From an uncultured Gemmatimonadales bacterium (GTDB taxonomy: Bacteria > Gemmatimonadota > Gemmatimonadetes > Gemmatimonadales > GWC2-71-9): DNA of 64,000 nucleotides. Positions 1 through 10,564 of this stretch are shown here, piece by piece (the stretch's first letter is position 1; every line of letters starts with the position of its first letter). The notes beneath the pieces were generated by a model that did not search any database, had not been told where the DNA came from, and was given only the letters and a program-made list of their open reading frames with translations. A program made the position numbers and the translations under genes. The stretch is taken from the NCBI GenBank assembly GCA_963821525.1, contig CAWGED010000019.1:1046096-1110095 (forward strand), in the 5' to 3' direction.

Positions 1-804
1 GGCGCTCCTCCTGGCACGACCTTCGGTAACATCGGCTTTCTTTCCGGAACGGACGTCGCGAACACCAAGCTCGACGGAAACGCAACGGGAGTCGGGTACC
101 ATGCCGGTGTGATTCTTCAGGCCACCGACAAGCTGTCGTTCGGGGTCCGGTATTTGTCCCGGCAGAAGGTTGAGATCGATGCCGGGAACGCGGAGTTCAG
201 CCAGATCAATACCGGTATCCTGCTGCCCAACGCCAACCCACTGGGTCTGCCCGCAGGCACCCCGCTGGATGCGGTCCTGGCCCCGCAGTTCCAGCCGGGC
301 GGCGCTCTGGTGAACCAGGGTGTAAGTACGGCGGTACGTCTCCCGGAGCAGTGGTCGGTTGGCCTGGCCTACCAGGCGACACCTACGCTCGTTCTGCTCT
401 TCGATTACAACCGGCAGAACTGGGAGGTGTTCCAGTCGCTGCCGTTCGACTTCGAGATCGCGCCCGACCAGTCCCTGCCGCAGAATTTCCAATCGACCGA
501 CACCTTCCGGTTCGGTGCCGACTATCGGCTCGGGACTTCCTCGAACATCCGGATCGGCTATCTCAGTCACAATGCGGCCGCACCGGACCAGACCGTGACA
601 CCGAACCTTCCTGAAGCCTCACGTTCGGAATTTACCGCCGGGTTCGGGACCGCGTTCGCCAAGAATTTCCATCTCGACCTGGCTTACCAGTACATCGATC
701 AGGCCGACCGCGCAGGCCGCAGCACGCCGGCCGGCACACCGAACAACGGGCTCTATGAGTTCTACGCCCATCTGTTCGGGGCGTCCCTTTCCTACGCCTT
801 CTAA
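1..804 (+). CDS. Outer-membrane long-chain fatty acid transporter-like beta-barrel (FadL/OmpP1/TodX family), 5' end outside window
   Basis: Frame open from base 1; alternating beta-strand pattern, 'LPEQWSVGLAY', 'TVTPNLPE', C-terminal 'SLSYAF'. Confidence 0.8.
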   Translation, partial: GAPPGTTFGNIGFLSGTDVANTKLDGNATGVGYHAGVILQATDKLSFGVRYLSRQKVEIDAGNAEFSQINTGILLPNANPLGLPAGTPLDAVLAPQFQPGGALVNQGVSTAVRLPEQWSVGLAYQATPTLVLLFDYNRQNWEVFQSLPFDFEIAPDQSLPQNFQSTDTFRFGADYRLGTSSNIRIGYLSHNAAAPDQTVTPNLPEASRSEFTAGFGTAFAKNFHLDLAYQYIDQADRAGRSTPAGTPNNGLYEFYAHLFGASLSYAF

Positions 805-819
805 CCCGGGAGCCGAGCC

Positions 820-2070
820 ATGAGACTGCATCACGTAGCCGCCTCGCTGCTCCTGGCCCTGCCGATAGCGGCGGGGTGCAAGAGCGACGACACCCTGAAC
901 TCGCCGAACGTGATCGACCCGATGTTTCGCCGGTATGCAGCGCTCGGCAACAGCATCACCGCCGGGTTCCAGTCCGCCGGCATCAATGACAGCACCCAGA
1001 GGCGGGCCTACCCCGCCCTGCTCGCTGCGGCGATGGGCACCAGCTACACATATCCCTCGCTCAACATGCCGGGGTGCCCGCCACCGCTCACCAACAACGT
1101 CATCCTGACCCGAGTCGGAGGCGGCACGCCGAGTACCTGCGCTCTCAAGCCGATCAAGTTCGAGCTGCTGAACAACCTGGCGGTACCAGGCAACCAGGTG
1201 ATCACGCTGTTGAACAATTTCAGCGGCTCACCCTCGCAGTTCGACCCACTCAAGACCATCATGCTGGGCGGAAGGACCGAGGTGGAGTTGATGATGCAGC
1301 TGCAGCCCACCTTCGTGACGGTATGGGCAGGCTCCAACGACGTGCTTGGAGCCCTGATCGATGCGACCAACCCCGGCGACCCGGCACAGGTGACGCCGGC
1401 GGCGCTTTTCGTCGCTCAATACGACTCGCTGGTTGACTCGCTCCGCGCCACGGGGGCTAACGTGGTCCTCATAGGAGTTCCCGACGTCACCGCCATCCCG
1501 TTCGCCTCACTCGGCGCGATCTGGTACTGTCTCAAGAATGGCGGGTGCTCAGCACCTCTCCCACCGCAGGATCCGACGTTGGCACAGATCCCGACATTTT
1601 CGGTGGCCGCAACCTGTGCACCACCTGGAGGCGTGCAAACCCTCGTCCCGTGGACCAAGTCAGTGCCCAAGCTGGGCGCGGCCCTCCAAGGGGTTCCCTC
1701 GACCATCGACTGCTCGGTGGACAACGAGACGATTCTTCCTGCCGAATTGCAAGGAATGGTGCAGGCCGTCGCCGGATATAACCAGCACATTCAGCAGGTG
1801 GCGCAGACCGAGGGCTGGGGGTTCTTCGACATCGATACCGCGCTCAAGAACCTCGTTGGCACGGCGGTTCCCCAGTTTCCCGACCTGACCCAGGTGCCGA
1901 CTGGTGGCTCGGTGGGGTTTGGGCCGCTGTTCTCCCTCGACGGCGTTCACCCGAGCTCGGTAGCTCAGCGCGTCTTCGCCGACTCGATCGCGGAGATTAC
2001 CAACCGGACCTACGGCACCACCCTCCCGGTGCCGGTGTGTAGTGCTACGGTCGCCTGCCCGGCTCCCTGA
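820..2070 (+). CDS. SGNH/GDSL hydrolase family lipoprotein
   Basis: Lipobox AAGC; block I 'ALGNSITAG', 'NNLAVPG', 'GSND', block V 'DGVHP'. Confidence 0.85.
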   Translation: MRLHHVAASLLLALPIAAGCKSDDTLNSPNVIDPMFRRYAALGNSITAGFQSAGINDSTQRRAYPALLAAAMGTSYTYPSLNMPGCPPPLTNNVILTRVGGGTPSTCALKPIKFELLNNLAVPGNQVITLLNNFSGSPSQFDPLKTIMLGGRTEVELMMQLQPTFVTVWAGSNDVLGALIDATNPGDPAQVTPAALFVAQYDSLVDSLRATGANVVLIGVPDVTAIPFASLGAIWYCLKNGGCSAPLPPQDPTLAQIPTFSVAATCAPPGGVQTLVPWTKSVPKLGAALQGVPSTIDCSVDNETILPAELQGMVQAVAGYNQHIQQVAQTEGWGFFDIDTALKNLVGTAVPQFPDLTQVPTGGSVGFGPLFSLDGVHPSSVAQRVFADSIAEITNRTYGTTLPVPVCSATVACPAP

Positions 2071-2111
2071 TCGCAGGTCGAGGCCGATAGCGTCCCCGTC
2101 GCAAGTAACAC

Positions 2112-2151
2112 CGACCCTCTGGCGGACTCCGCCGGAGGGTCGTTCGTTATT
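2112..2151 (+). terminator. Probable intrinsic terminator
   Basis: Hairpin CGACCCTCTGGCGG...CCGCCGGAGGGTCG followed by TTCGTTATT, just after the SGNH gene. Confidence 0.7.
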
Positions 2152-2207
2152 GGGGACCCGATGGCCGGGCCAGACTACTTTTCGATTCCTTTAACCCTCA
2201 CCGGAAC

Positions 2208-2786
2208 ATGAACTGGACCCGGGATCGAGCCCTCGCGTTGATGCAGGAGTACACGGCCTCCGAACCGCTCCGCAAACACATGTATGCGGTCGAAGCGGCG
2301 ATGCGGGCCATGGCCGTCAAGTACGGAGGGGACCCGGACGAGTGGGGACTGGTGGGGTTGCTGCACGACTTCGACTACGAGCGATTCCCCAATGCTGCTC
2401 ACTCGGCGAGCGAGGAGCATCCCAGCGAAGGAGTGCGGATTCTGGCGGCCCAGGGATTCCCCGAAGACCTGCAGCGGGCCATTCTCTCCCACGCCAACTA
2501 CACCGGGGTCCCGCGTGATACACCGATTGCGCGGGGCCTGTTCGCCGTGGACGAACTCTGCGGATTCCTGGTGGCTTGCGCGCTGGTTCGCCCATCGAAG
2601 AGCCTCGCGGACCTGGAGGTCTCGAGCGTGAAGAAGAAGCTCAAGGACAAGGCCTTCGCCCGGGGAGTGAACCGGGATGATGTGACTCAGGGAGCAGCCG
2701 AACTCGGCGTGCCGCTGGACGAGCACATTCAGTTCGTGCTGGAGGCGCTGCGGCCGGTGGATGGTTCACTGGGACTCAAAGGGTGA
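2208..2786 (+). CDS. HD/HDIG-domain metal-dependent phosphohydrolase
   Basis: 'LRKH', 'LLHDFDYE', 'ILSHA', 'AVDEL', 'KDKAFA' motifs. Confidence 0.85.
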   Translation: MNWTRDRALALMQEYTASEPLRKHMYAVEAAMRAMAVKYGGDPDEWGLVGLLHDFDYERFPNAAHSASEEHPSEGVRILAAQGFPEDLQRAILSHANYTGVPRDTPIARGLFAVDELCGFLVACALVRPSKSLADLEVSSVKKKLKDKAFARGVNRDDVTQGAAELGVPLDEHIQFVLEALRPVDGSLGLKG

Positions 2787-4192
2787 GCGAAGCCGCTCTG
2801 CGGTCCGAACCCGGATTGGGCCGGCGTCCGGTCGAGCGGGCATTCGATCGATCGTCCGGTGGCCCGCCAATCCCGGGAAACCGGGTTACGCTCCTGCAGG
2901 ACGGTACCGAGGTCTACCCGGCGATGCTGCGGCTCATCGCCGAGGCGCAGCACTGGATTCATTTCGAGAACTACATCATTCGGGCAGATAATATCGGCCA
3001 AAAATTTGCCGCAGCCCTCTCCGCGCGGGCCCGCGAGGGCATCGCGGTTCGGCTGATTTACGATTGGCTCGGCTCGATCGGAACACCGCGACGCTACTGG
3101 AAGCAGCTGCGCGATGCCGGGGTGGAAATTCGCTGCTTCAATCCACCGAACCTGATCCGCCTGCTGAAAAACGTCTCGCGGAACCATCGCAAGATGGTGG
3201 TCATCGACGGCCAGCGCGCGATCGTGGGTGGCCTGTGCATCGGCGACGAGTGGACAGGAGATCCGGAGAATGGACTCCTCCCGTGGCGCGATACCGCGGT
3301 CGAGATCGCAGGTCCGGCGGCCTCGATGATCGACGCGTCCTTCGCGCGAGTCTGGTTGACCATGGGTCCGCCGATTCCCGACGATCAGCGCTCAGCGGAG
3401 GTCCCGGAGTTCGGGGATGCCCGGGTTCGGGTTGTGGCGGGCGAGCCGGGACGCGAACGAGCCTACCGAGTCCTGGAGTATCTCGCCGCAGGATGCGGCA
3501 GCCGGCTTTGGATTACCGACGCCTACCTGGTGCCGCCCCCTCGACTGTTCACCGTCCTGGTCGAGGCCGCGCGAGAAGGCGCCGACATCAGGCTGCTGGT
3601 GCCGGGCACCAGCGACGTGCCGTTTGTGCGCAACCTGACCCGGATTGGTTACCGCGACCTCCTGCGAGCAGGGATCCGGATTGCCGAGTGGGAGGGGCCC
3701 ATGCTTCACGCAAAGACCGCGGTGGTGGATGGGACCTGGTGCCGGGTGGGTTCAAGCAATCTCAATGCGTCGAGCCTGCTGGGTAATTACGAGCTGGATG
3801 TGATCATCAATGATGCGGAGCTTGCCGCTACCATGGAGACGCAGTTCCGGAAGGATCTCGCCTCGAGTGTCGAGGTCGAACGACGCCAGCTTCCCGGTTC
3901 GGCGCGACTAGGCCGGCTGGCACCGTCCCGCCTGACCCGTCAGACAACCGGAGAACGACGGTTGGTCCCCCATAGGACCCGACGGAATCTCCGTGGACGC
4001 ACTGCGATCGCTGCTCGCACCGTGATCAGTGGAGCGTGGCGATCCTTTCTGGGCCCACTCAGCCTCGGTCTCGTGGTGACGGCTCTGTTGTTCTTTGGAC
4101 TGCCTCGTGCGATGGCCTACTTCGTCGGCGGGCTTTGTGTCTGGGTTGGCATCGCGGCGGGCCTCGAGGCTTGGAAGCGTCGCAAGGATTAG
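2783..4192 (+). CDS. Cardiolipin synthase / phospholipase D family (ClsB-like) with C-terminal TM helices
   Basis: Two HKD motifs (HRKMVVID, HAKTAVVD), 'WRDT', 'GSSNL'. Confidence 0.9.
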   Translation: MSEAALRSEPGLGRRPVERAFDRSSGGPPIPGNRVTLLQDGTEVYPAMLRLIAEAQHWIHFENYIIRADNIGQKFAAALSARAREGIAVRLIYDWLGSIGTPRRYWKQLRDAGVEIRCFNPPNLIRLLKNVSRNHRKMVVIDGQRAIVGGLCIGDEWTGDPENGLLPWRDTAVEIAGPAASMIDASFARVWLTMGPPIPDDQRSAEVPEFGDARVRVVAGEPGRERAYRVLEYLAAGCGSRLWITDAYLVPPPRLFTVLVEAAREGADIRLLVPGTSDVPFVRNLTRIGYRDLLRAGIRIAEWEGPMLHAKTAVVDGTWCRVGSSNLNASSLLGNYELDVIINDAELAATMETQFRKDLASSVEVERRQLPGSARLGRLAPSRLTRQTTGERRLVPHRTRRNLRGRTAIAARTVISGAWRSFLGPLSLGLVVTALLFFGLPRAMAYFVGGLCVWVGIAAGLEAWKRRKD

Positions 4193-4452
4193 GCGTTTGC
4201 ACGGTCGGGACCCCGCAGTCGCCTTCCCGCCAGCTCAAGCATCTTCCTCGTATGCCGAGCGTTCGCAGCTTGTCATTCCCTTCCCAATCCCGGATACTCC
4301 GACACCGATCCCGTTGCCCGGCAAGGAGTTTCCCATCCAGCCGACCCGTCCTCGATGCTTCATCAATCAAGTAACCGGGGGGACCGGGGTGCGGAACTCA
4401 ACATCGGAGTCGTCCGCTGCGTAGTCCTGAGATAACCGACGCCGCCCTGGCC

Positions 4453-4974
4453 GTGGCCGCCCAGAAGGGTGACCGTGAGGCGTTCGGTGAGCTGGTCCGG
4501 CGCTACGGGCCGGCGGCACGACGGGTGGCGCGGGCTGTCCTTCACCACCCCGAGGACGCCGACGACGCCGCACAGGATGGCTTTTTCTCGGCGTGGCGGA
4601 ACATCAACCGGTACGATCCGGGGCGGCAATTCGGTCCCTGGGTCCTCAGAATCGTGGTTAATGCGGCCCATGACCTTCGTCGCCGCAGACAGATCAGGGA
4701 AACCGATCCGGTGAGCCCGCAACTTTCCGGAGGCGAAGCATCACCTGCGGCGCTGGTCGAGCAGGGAGAGCTGGGTGAACGCATCGACGGGGCCCTGCAG
4801 GGTTTGCCGGAACGACAACGGCTCGCCGTTGTGCTCTTCGATGCGGAAGGATTTTCCCACGGAGAGATCGCCCAAATGCTGGGAATCCCGGAGGGAACCG
4901 TACGATCGGATGTCTTTCATGCGCGGAGAGCCTTACGCGCACAATTGGGACTAGAGCCTCGAGGTGATTCGTGA
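4453..4974 (+). CDS. ECF RNA polymerase sigma factor (true start may be slightly upstream)
   Basis: 'GDREAFGELVRRY', 'DADDAAQD', region 4 'EIAQMLGIPEGTVRS'. Confidence 0.9.
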   Translation: MAAQKGDREAFGELVRRYGPAARRVARAVLHHPEDADDAAQDGFFSAWRNINRYDPGRQFGPWVLRIVVNAAHDLRRRRQIRETDPVSPQLSGGEASPAALVEQGELGERIDGALQGLPERQRLAVVLFDAEGFSHGEIAQMLGIPEGTVRSDVFHARRALRAQLGLEPRGDS

Positions 4975-5294
4975 CCCAGAAATTCAACCTTTCCGAGCAC
5001 CCGCCGGATCCCGAGATCGGGGGACTGCTTCGCACTCATCTCGAGGGGCTGGCTCCGGAACAGTTCGCCCATCGAGTCATGGCGGGACTCCCGCAGCGCT
5101 TCACGCTGGACAGCTGGGAGGTTCTCGCTCGCTGGGCCCGACCGGGTATCGCGGCAGCGGCGATCATCACGGCTGCCCTTGGGGCGTGGCTCGCGTTTCC
5201 CCGGCAAAGCGACCCGGTCGGCGAGCCCCTGCTCGAGCTGAGCACGGCGGCCGACAGCGAACTCATTCTCTCAGCCTTGATCCCCGAACCATGA
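4971..5294 (+). CDS. Small single-TM protein, putative anti-sigma factor
   Basis: Overlaps sigma stop codon, one TM segment; function inferred from position. Confidence 0.5.
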   Translation: MTQKFNLSEHPPDPEIGGLLRTHLEGLAPEQFAHRVMAGLPQRFTLDSWEVLARWARPGIAAAAIITAALGAWLAFPRQSDPVGEPLLELSTAADSELILSALIPEP

Positions 5295-5307
5295 GAAACA
5301 TCGTCCG

Positions 5308-5703
5308 ATGATTCGCAGCACCTGGAAGGCGGGCATTCTTCTTCTCGCCGCATTCGTTCTCGGCGCTGCCGTTGGCGGAGCCGTGACTGCCCGGGTTTCC
5401 CACCGGAGCTCATGGGAGGGTAAGCCCCGGGACAGGATGGAAGGCTACCTTCGGCTGCTGGGCGAGAATCTGGATCTGAGCAGCACCCAGCGCGATAGCG
5501 TTCGGGCCATCCTTGAACGCCATCGGGGAGACATGGACGCGATCTGGCAGGAAGTTGCCCCGCGCTATGAAACCATGCGCTCACAAATCCGTTCAGAGAT
5601 CCGCACTCAGCTTACTCCGGAACAACAGAAGAAGTACGCGGACCTCACGTCCCGGTTGGACCAGGAGCGGCGCGAGATGAACACCCCCGCTCCCCACCAA
5701 TGA
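5308..5703 (+). CDS. Periplasmic Spy/CpxP/heavy-metal-sensor-like helical protein
   Basis: N-terminal TM anchor; 'LDLSSTQ' and 'LTPEQQ' LTxxQ-type motifs. Confidence 0.7.
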   Translation: MIRSTWKAGILLLAAFVLGAAVGGAVTARVSHRSSWEGKPRDRMEGYLRLLGENLDLSSTQRDSVRAILERHRGDMDAIWQEVAPRYETMRSQIRSEIRTQLTPEQQKKYADLTSRLDQERREMNTPAPHQ

Positions 5704-7028
5704 TGCAGATGACCCGTCTTCTCCGACTGGCCTTTGAATCCGGCTTCCCCGCAGCGGCGCTGATGACCACGGTCTCGGTTGTGGCGGCGCAGCAGCCTAT
5801 CGTGACGCTCCAGGAAGCCAGGAAAATGGCCCAGGCCGTCGAGCCTACCGTGGTCGGTGCGCTGGGCGCGGTACGCAACGCGGACGCCCAGGTTCGGAGC
5901 GCCAAGGGCGCCTGGCTGCCAAGTCTCAGTGCCTCTTCGTTTGGAGGCACGACCTATCAGGAAGGTCCACCTCGAGTCAATTCGAGTACCGGGGAGCTGG
6001 TGGGCGGTAACACGTCATCCCAGAATCTCAATTTCGGGCTCAATGCGAGCTGGGACCTTTTCACGGGCTTCCGTCGAGGCGCTGATTCACGGGCGGCGCA
6101 TGCGGCCCGCGATGCGGCGGACGCCGGGCTGATCGATGCGAACTACCAGGCGAGCCTCGCCGCGACGCAGCAGTTCTTCACCGCCCTGGCGGCCCAGCAG
6201 CTGGTGCGGGTGCGTGAGGCAAGCGTCCGGCGGGCGGAGGAACAGCTCAAGCTGGCAGTCGCGAAGCTCAGCGCGGGAAGCGCCACCCGTTCCGACTCGC
6301 TCAGATCGGTGGTGACACTGGGCAACACGCAGCTGGCGCTGGTGAGCGCGCAGGCCGACGTGGCCGCCGCCCAGGCCGAACTGGCGCGGCTGATCGGCGC
6401 CGAAGGCCGGGTGACGGCAGCCGACGACAGCGCCTTCTACCAGGTCGCAAGCCAGCTTGATACCCTCGCGCTCCTGAAGGAGGCTCTCGCGGAGTCGCCC
6501 AGGGTTCAGGCCGCCGAGGCAAGCGCGCGCGCTGCCGACGCCAACCTCGCGTCCACCAAGTCGGCCTACTGGCCGACTCTCACTCTCGGGGCCTCGACCG
6601 GCTGGTCGGGGACCGAGAACCGCAATTGGGAGCTGTTCAACCAGCGGCAACTGGGCGTGGGCCTGAACTGGAATCTGTTCAACGGATTCAACCGGGAGGA
6701 ATCGATCACCATCCGGTCGAGCACGTTGGATCAGGCGGAGGCCACAGCGAGCGATACCCGCCGCCAGGTGTCTTCCGTTCTGACGGCACAATTTGCCCTG
6801 TTGGATGCCGCCAGGCTCAAGATTGATATCGCCCAGACCAGCGTCGCGGCGGCGCAGGAAGATCTTCGGGTCGTGGAGCAGCGCTACCGCGTGGGGGCCG
6901 CCACGATTCTCGACCTGCTCAACTCGCAGGAAGCGCTCACCCAGGCCGAGGTGGATGCGGTTGCCGCCCGGTTCGACTATCTCCGTGCCAAGGCACAGAT
7001 TGAAGCACTCATCGGACGGGACCTATGA
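5700..7028 (+). CDS. TolC family outer-membrane efflux protein
   Basis: Two OEP repeats ('WLPSLS', 'YWPTLTL', '[13 protein letters not shown]'). Confidence 0.9.
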   Translation: MMQMTRLLRLAFESGFPAAALMTTVSVVAAQQPIVTLQEARKMAQAVEPTVVGALGAVRNADAQVRSAKGAWLPSLSASSFGGTTYQEGPPRVNSSTGELVGGNTSSQNLNFGLNASWDLFTGFRRGADSRAAHAARDAADAGLIDANYQASLAATQQFFTALAAQQLVRVREASVRRAEEQLKLAVAKLSAGSATRSDSLRSVVTLGNTQLALVSAQADVAAAQAELARLIGAEGRVTAADDSAFYQVASQLDTLALLKEALAESPRVQAAEASARAADANLASTKSAYWPTLTLGASTGWSGTENRNWELFNQRQLGVGLNWNLFNGFNREESITIRSSTLDQAEATASDTRRQVSSVLTAQFALLDAARLKIDIAQTSVAAAQEDLRVVEQRYRVGAATILDLLNSQEALTQAEVDAVAARFDYLRAKAQIEALIGRDL

Positions 7029-7783
7029 CCTCTGCCCTGAACTCGACCGACGAACGGATGGCTGTTCTGCCCAGCGACGTCCCCCGGGACGCCATTATTG
7101 TCACCCGCAACCTGCAGCGGGAATACGACATGGGCGGTGAGATCGTGCGGGCACTGCGGGGGGTCGATATCACGATCCGCCGCAACGAATTCGTCGCGAT
7201 CATGGGTCCGTCAGGCTCGGGCAAGTCCACCTTGATGAACATGATCGGTTGCCTGGACACTCCGACCCACGGCGAATACTGGCTGAACGGCCACCGGGTG
7301 TCGGAGCTGGAAGACAATGAACTGGCCCGGATCCGGAACAAGGAGATCGGGTTCGTGTTCCAGACCTTCAACCTGCTCCCACGGGCAACCGCGCTGCATA
7401 ACGTGGAGCTGCCGCTGGTCTACGCCGGCGTACCGGGTAAAGAGCGGAAGGCACGAGCCGTGGATGCGCTTACCCAGGTCGGATTGGCCGACCGGATGGA
7501 GCACCGTCCCAATGAGCTGTCGGGCGGTCAGCGGCAGCGGGTGGCGATCGCGCGAGCGTTGGTAAACCAGCCCAGCATCATCCTGGCCGACGAGCCGACC
7601 GGTAATCTGGATTCGACCACCAGCATCGAGATCCTGGCACTGTTCAACCAGCTGCACCAGCAGAACCAGACCATCGTCCTCGTGACCCACGAGCACGACA
7701 TCGCGGCGCACGCGCGGCGGCAGGTGCATCTGAAGGATGGGATGGTGGAGCAGGACTTCGCGACCAAGGCCAAAGCCGAATGA
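7025..7783 (+). CDS. ABC transporter ATP-binding protein (MacB/LolD-like)
   Basis: Walker [14 protein letters not shown] signature, '[11 protein letters not shown]'. Confidence 0.95.
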   Translation: MTSALNSTDERMAVLPSDVPRDAIIVTRNLQREYDMGGEIVRALRGVDITIRRNEFVAIMGPSGSGKSTLMNMIGCLDTPTHGEYWLNGHRVSELEDNELARIRNKEIGFVFQTFNLLPRATALHNVELPLVYAGVPGKERKARAVDALTQVGLADRMEHRPNELSGGQRQRVAIARALVNQPSIILADEPTGNLDSTTSIEILALFNQLHQQNQTIVLVTHEHDIAAHARRQVHLKDGMVEQDFATKAKAE

Positions 7784-9309
7784 CCGCTGACACGTGGGAT
7801 TCCATGCTGATGCGTAAGACCCTTCTGACTTTTCTGACGCTGGCAGTGGCTTGCAAGGAACCGCCGCCGCCGCCGCCGCCTGCATACCTGGCCGTTCCGG
7901 TGGAGCGCCGTGACATCGTGGTTTCGGCCCGCGCCAATGGGGCCATCCAGCCCGACACGACCGTCGAGGTCAAGTCCAAGGCCTCGGGTGAGATCCTGGA
8001 GATGCTGGTGGAGACCGGAGCACAGGCGAAGCGCGGCCAGCTCATGGTAACGATCGATCCTCGCCAGCCGCGGAACGACCTCGCTCAGGCGGACGCCAAC
8101 CTCGAAGTGGCGAAAGCCAAACTGGCCAACGCCACTGCGCAGAAGCACCGGGCCGACGAGCTATTCAGCTCCCAGGCCCTGACCGAAACCGAGCACGATC
8201 AGGCGATGCTGGACTACGCCAATGCGAAGGCGGAGGTGGTGACCGCCCAGGTACAAGTCGAAAACGCGAAGATCCAGCTCGAGGACACCGACGTTCGGGC
8301 CCCTATTTCCGGCACCATCATCGAGAAGGACGTCGAGCGGGGTCAGGTGATCTCGTCGCCTACGAAGGACGTGGGCGGGGGGACGGTGCTGCTCAAGATG
8401 GCCGATCTCAATCTGGTCCAGGTGAAGACTTTGGTGGACGAGACCGACATCGGAAAAATCCAGTCGGGTCTCCGGGCTTCAATTACGGTTGACGCCTACC
8501 CCAATCATCAGTTCGATGGGACGGTGCTCAAGATCGAGCCGCAGGCGACGATCGTACAGAACGTCACCATGTTCCCGGTGCTGGTGCGAATCGACAATCG
8601 AGAGGGTCTGCTACGGCCCGGAATGAATACCGAGGTGGAGATCCATGTCGGCCGTCGAGACAGCGTGCTCGCGATTCCCAACGCGGCGCTCCGCACTCAG
8701 CGTGACGTCGGCTCTGCCGCCCAGGTACTCGGCCTCTCGATGTCCGACGTGCAGGCCCAGCTTGCCAAAGGGAGTGCGAGCGGCGGAGAACAACCGCAGA
8801 CCACCGCGAGCCAGGGTGGCGGCGGGACCAATCCCAAGGGCGCCAATACCCTGACCCTGCCGGATGGACGTAGCGTCGTGCTGCCCGCCGGTGTCACCGA
8901 GGAGCAGGTCAAGGCCATTTTCCAGAAGCGGATGAGCGGGCAGGAACCGACTGCGGAGGAACGGGCATTGCTTCGGCGGGTGTTTGCCGGGATGGGCGGC
9001 GGTCAGAGCGGGGGAAGCCGGAACCAGCCAGACACCCGGTTCGGGGGACGCTACATCGTGTTCGCTCGTCGGGGCGGAACCATCGTGCCGCTCAATATCA
9101 AAACTGGTCTCACGGACCTGGACTACACCGAGGTGGTCTCCGGCTTGAATCCTGAAGACTCGGTTCTCGTGCTGCCCAGCGCGAGCCTGGTTCAGTCCCA
9201 GCAGGAGTTCAAGGAACGGGTGACCCGGGTGACGGGCAGCGGATTGCCGGGACTGCAGTCGCCGCAACAGGGGACTTCCAAGGCCCCGACGACCACAACA
9301 AGGCCCTGA
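7780..9309 (+). CDS. Efflux periplasmic adaptor (MacA-like)
   Basis: 'VEVKSKASG', 'APISG', 'LRPGM', 'GLTD..EVVSGL'. Confidence 0.9.
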   Translation: MTADTWDSMLMRKTLLTFLTLAVACKEPPPPPPPAYLAVPVERRDIVVSARANGAIQPDTTVEVKSKASGEILEMLVETGAQAKRGQLMVTIDPRQPRNDLAQADANLEVAKAKLANATAQKHRADELFSSQALTETEHDQAMLDYANAKAEVVTAQVQVENAKIQLEDTDVRAPISGTIIEKDVERGQVISSPTKDVGGGTVLLKMADLNLVQVKTLVDETDIGKIQSGLRASITVDAYPNHQFDGTVLKIEPQATIVQNVTMFPVLVRIDNREGLLRPGMNTEVEIHVGRRDSVLAIPNAALRTQRDVGSAAQVLGLSMSDVQAQLAKGSASGGEQPQTTASQGGGGTNPKGANTLTLPDGRSVVLPAGVTEEQVKAIFQKRMSGQEPTAEERALLRRVFAGMGGGQSGGSRNQPDTRFGGRYIVFARRGGTIVPLNIKTGLTDLDYTEVVSGLNPEDSVLVLPSASLVQSQQEFKERVTRVTGSGLPGLQSPQQGTSKAPTTTTRP

Positions 9310-9312
9310 CGC

Positions 9313-10527
9313 ATGCTGATCGGAGAGACTGTCGCGGTCGCTCTGCAATCCATCAAGGCCAATGCCCTGCGCTCTATTCTTACGGCGCTCGGCATCATCA
9401 TCGGCGTGGCGGCGGTCATCACGATGGTGGCACTTGGCACCGGAGCCCAGAAGGCGGTGGAGGATCAGATCGCTTCGCTGGGAGCCAATGTCCTGAGCGT
9501 GTATCCCGGCATGTCGTTCAGCGGCGGCGTCGCCTCGACCAACCGGGTCAGTCTCACCATTGACGACGCCGATGCTCTGGAGCGGGACGGCCAGTTTATC
9601 AAGGCCGTGGTGCCCGAAATCGTTTCGCAGCAGCAGATCAAGTACATCAACAAGAACATCAATACCAACGTCACCGGCACGACGGCGAATTTCCCCGAGG
9701 TCCGGAACTACACGATCGCCCAGGGGAGGATGTTCACCAGTGGAGATGACGCCGCTCGTGAGCGGTATGCCGTACTCGGCGCCGACATACCGGAACTGCT
9801 GGAGGCCAATCCGGTCGGGCTGCTCCACCAGACGATCCTGATTCGAGGCATCGCGTTCGAGATCATCGGGATCATGGCTTCCAAGGGCGCCACGGGGTCA
9901 TGGCAGAACCCCGACGAGCAGATCTGGATCCCGCTGGAGACCGCGCGCTACCGGGTCTTCGGCACCGACCGCCTGCGCTCGGTCGGGGTTCAGATTGCAG
10001 ATGGAGTCCCGGTTGAGCAGGGGATGGTGGATATCGAGCGGGTCCTCCGGCGCGAGCATAAGATCCGTCCGGGCGGAGAGAACGATTTCCAGATCCGCGA
10101 TGCGAAGCAGTTCCTCGCTACCCAGCAGTCCGCTTCCCAGATCTTCACGACCCTGCTCGCCAGCATCGCGGCAGTGAGCCTGGTCGTCGGCGGGATCGGC
10201 ATCATGAACATCATGCTGGTGTCGGTCACCGAGCGGACTCGTGAAATCGGTGTGCGCAAGGCGCTGGGGGCGACGCAGTGGAATATCCTGTTCCAGTTCC
10301 TGGTCGAGGCGATGGCCCTGTGCCTGGCCGGGGGAGTTCTCGGCATTCTGCTCGGCGTCTGGGTGACCGACCTGCTTGCCAAGAGCAACGGCTGGAACAC
10401 CCTGATCTCACCTCAAAGCATCATCATGGCGTTCGGGTTCAGCGCGGCGATTGGACTGATCTTCGGCATCCTGCCCGCCCGGCGCGCCGCGAAGCTCGAC
10501 CCGATTGTTGCATTGCGATACGAGTAG
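9313..10527 (+). CDS. ABC transporter permease (MacB/FtsX-like)
   Basis: 'GGIGIMNIMLVSVTERTREIGVRKALGA', 'PARRAAKLDP..ALRYE'. Confidence 0.95.
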   Translation: MLIGETVAVALQSIKANALRSILTALGIIIGVAAVITMVALGTGAQKAVEDQIASLGANVLSVYPGMSFSGGVASTNRVSLTIDDADALERDGQFIKAVVPEIVSQQQIKYINKNINTNVTGTTANFPEVRNYTIAQGRMFTSGDDAARERYAVLGADIPELLEANPVGLLHQTILIRGIAFEIIGIMASKGATGSWQNPDEQIWIPLETARYRVFGTDRLRSVGVQIADGVPVEQGMVDIERVLRREHKIRPGGENDFQIRDAKQFLATQQSASQIFTTLLASIAAVSLVVGGIGIMNIMLVSVTERTREIGVRKALGATQWNILFQFLVEAMALCLAGGVLGILLGVWVTDLLAKSNGWNTLISPQSIIMAFGFSAAIGLIFGILPARRAAKLDPIVALRYE

Positions 10528-10564
10528 AAACGAAAGCTGGAGGCCTACGTACATTTCTAGCTAA

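Noticed and set aside
4193..4450. Small gene or ncRNA upstream of the first ECF sigma
   Set aside because: Only short ORFs without motifs and no recognisable RNA structure
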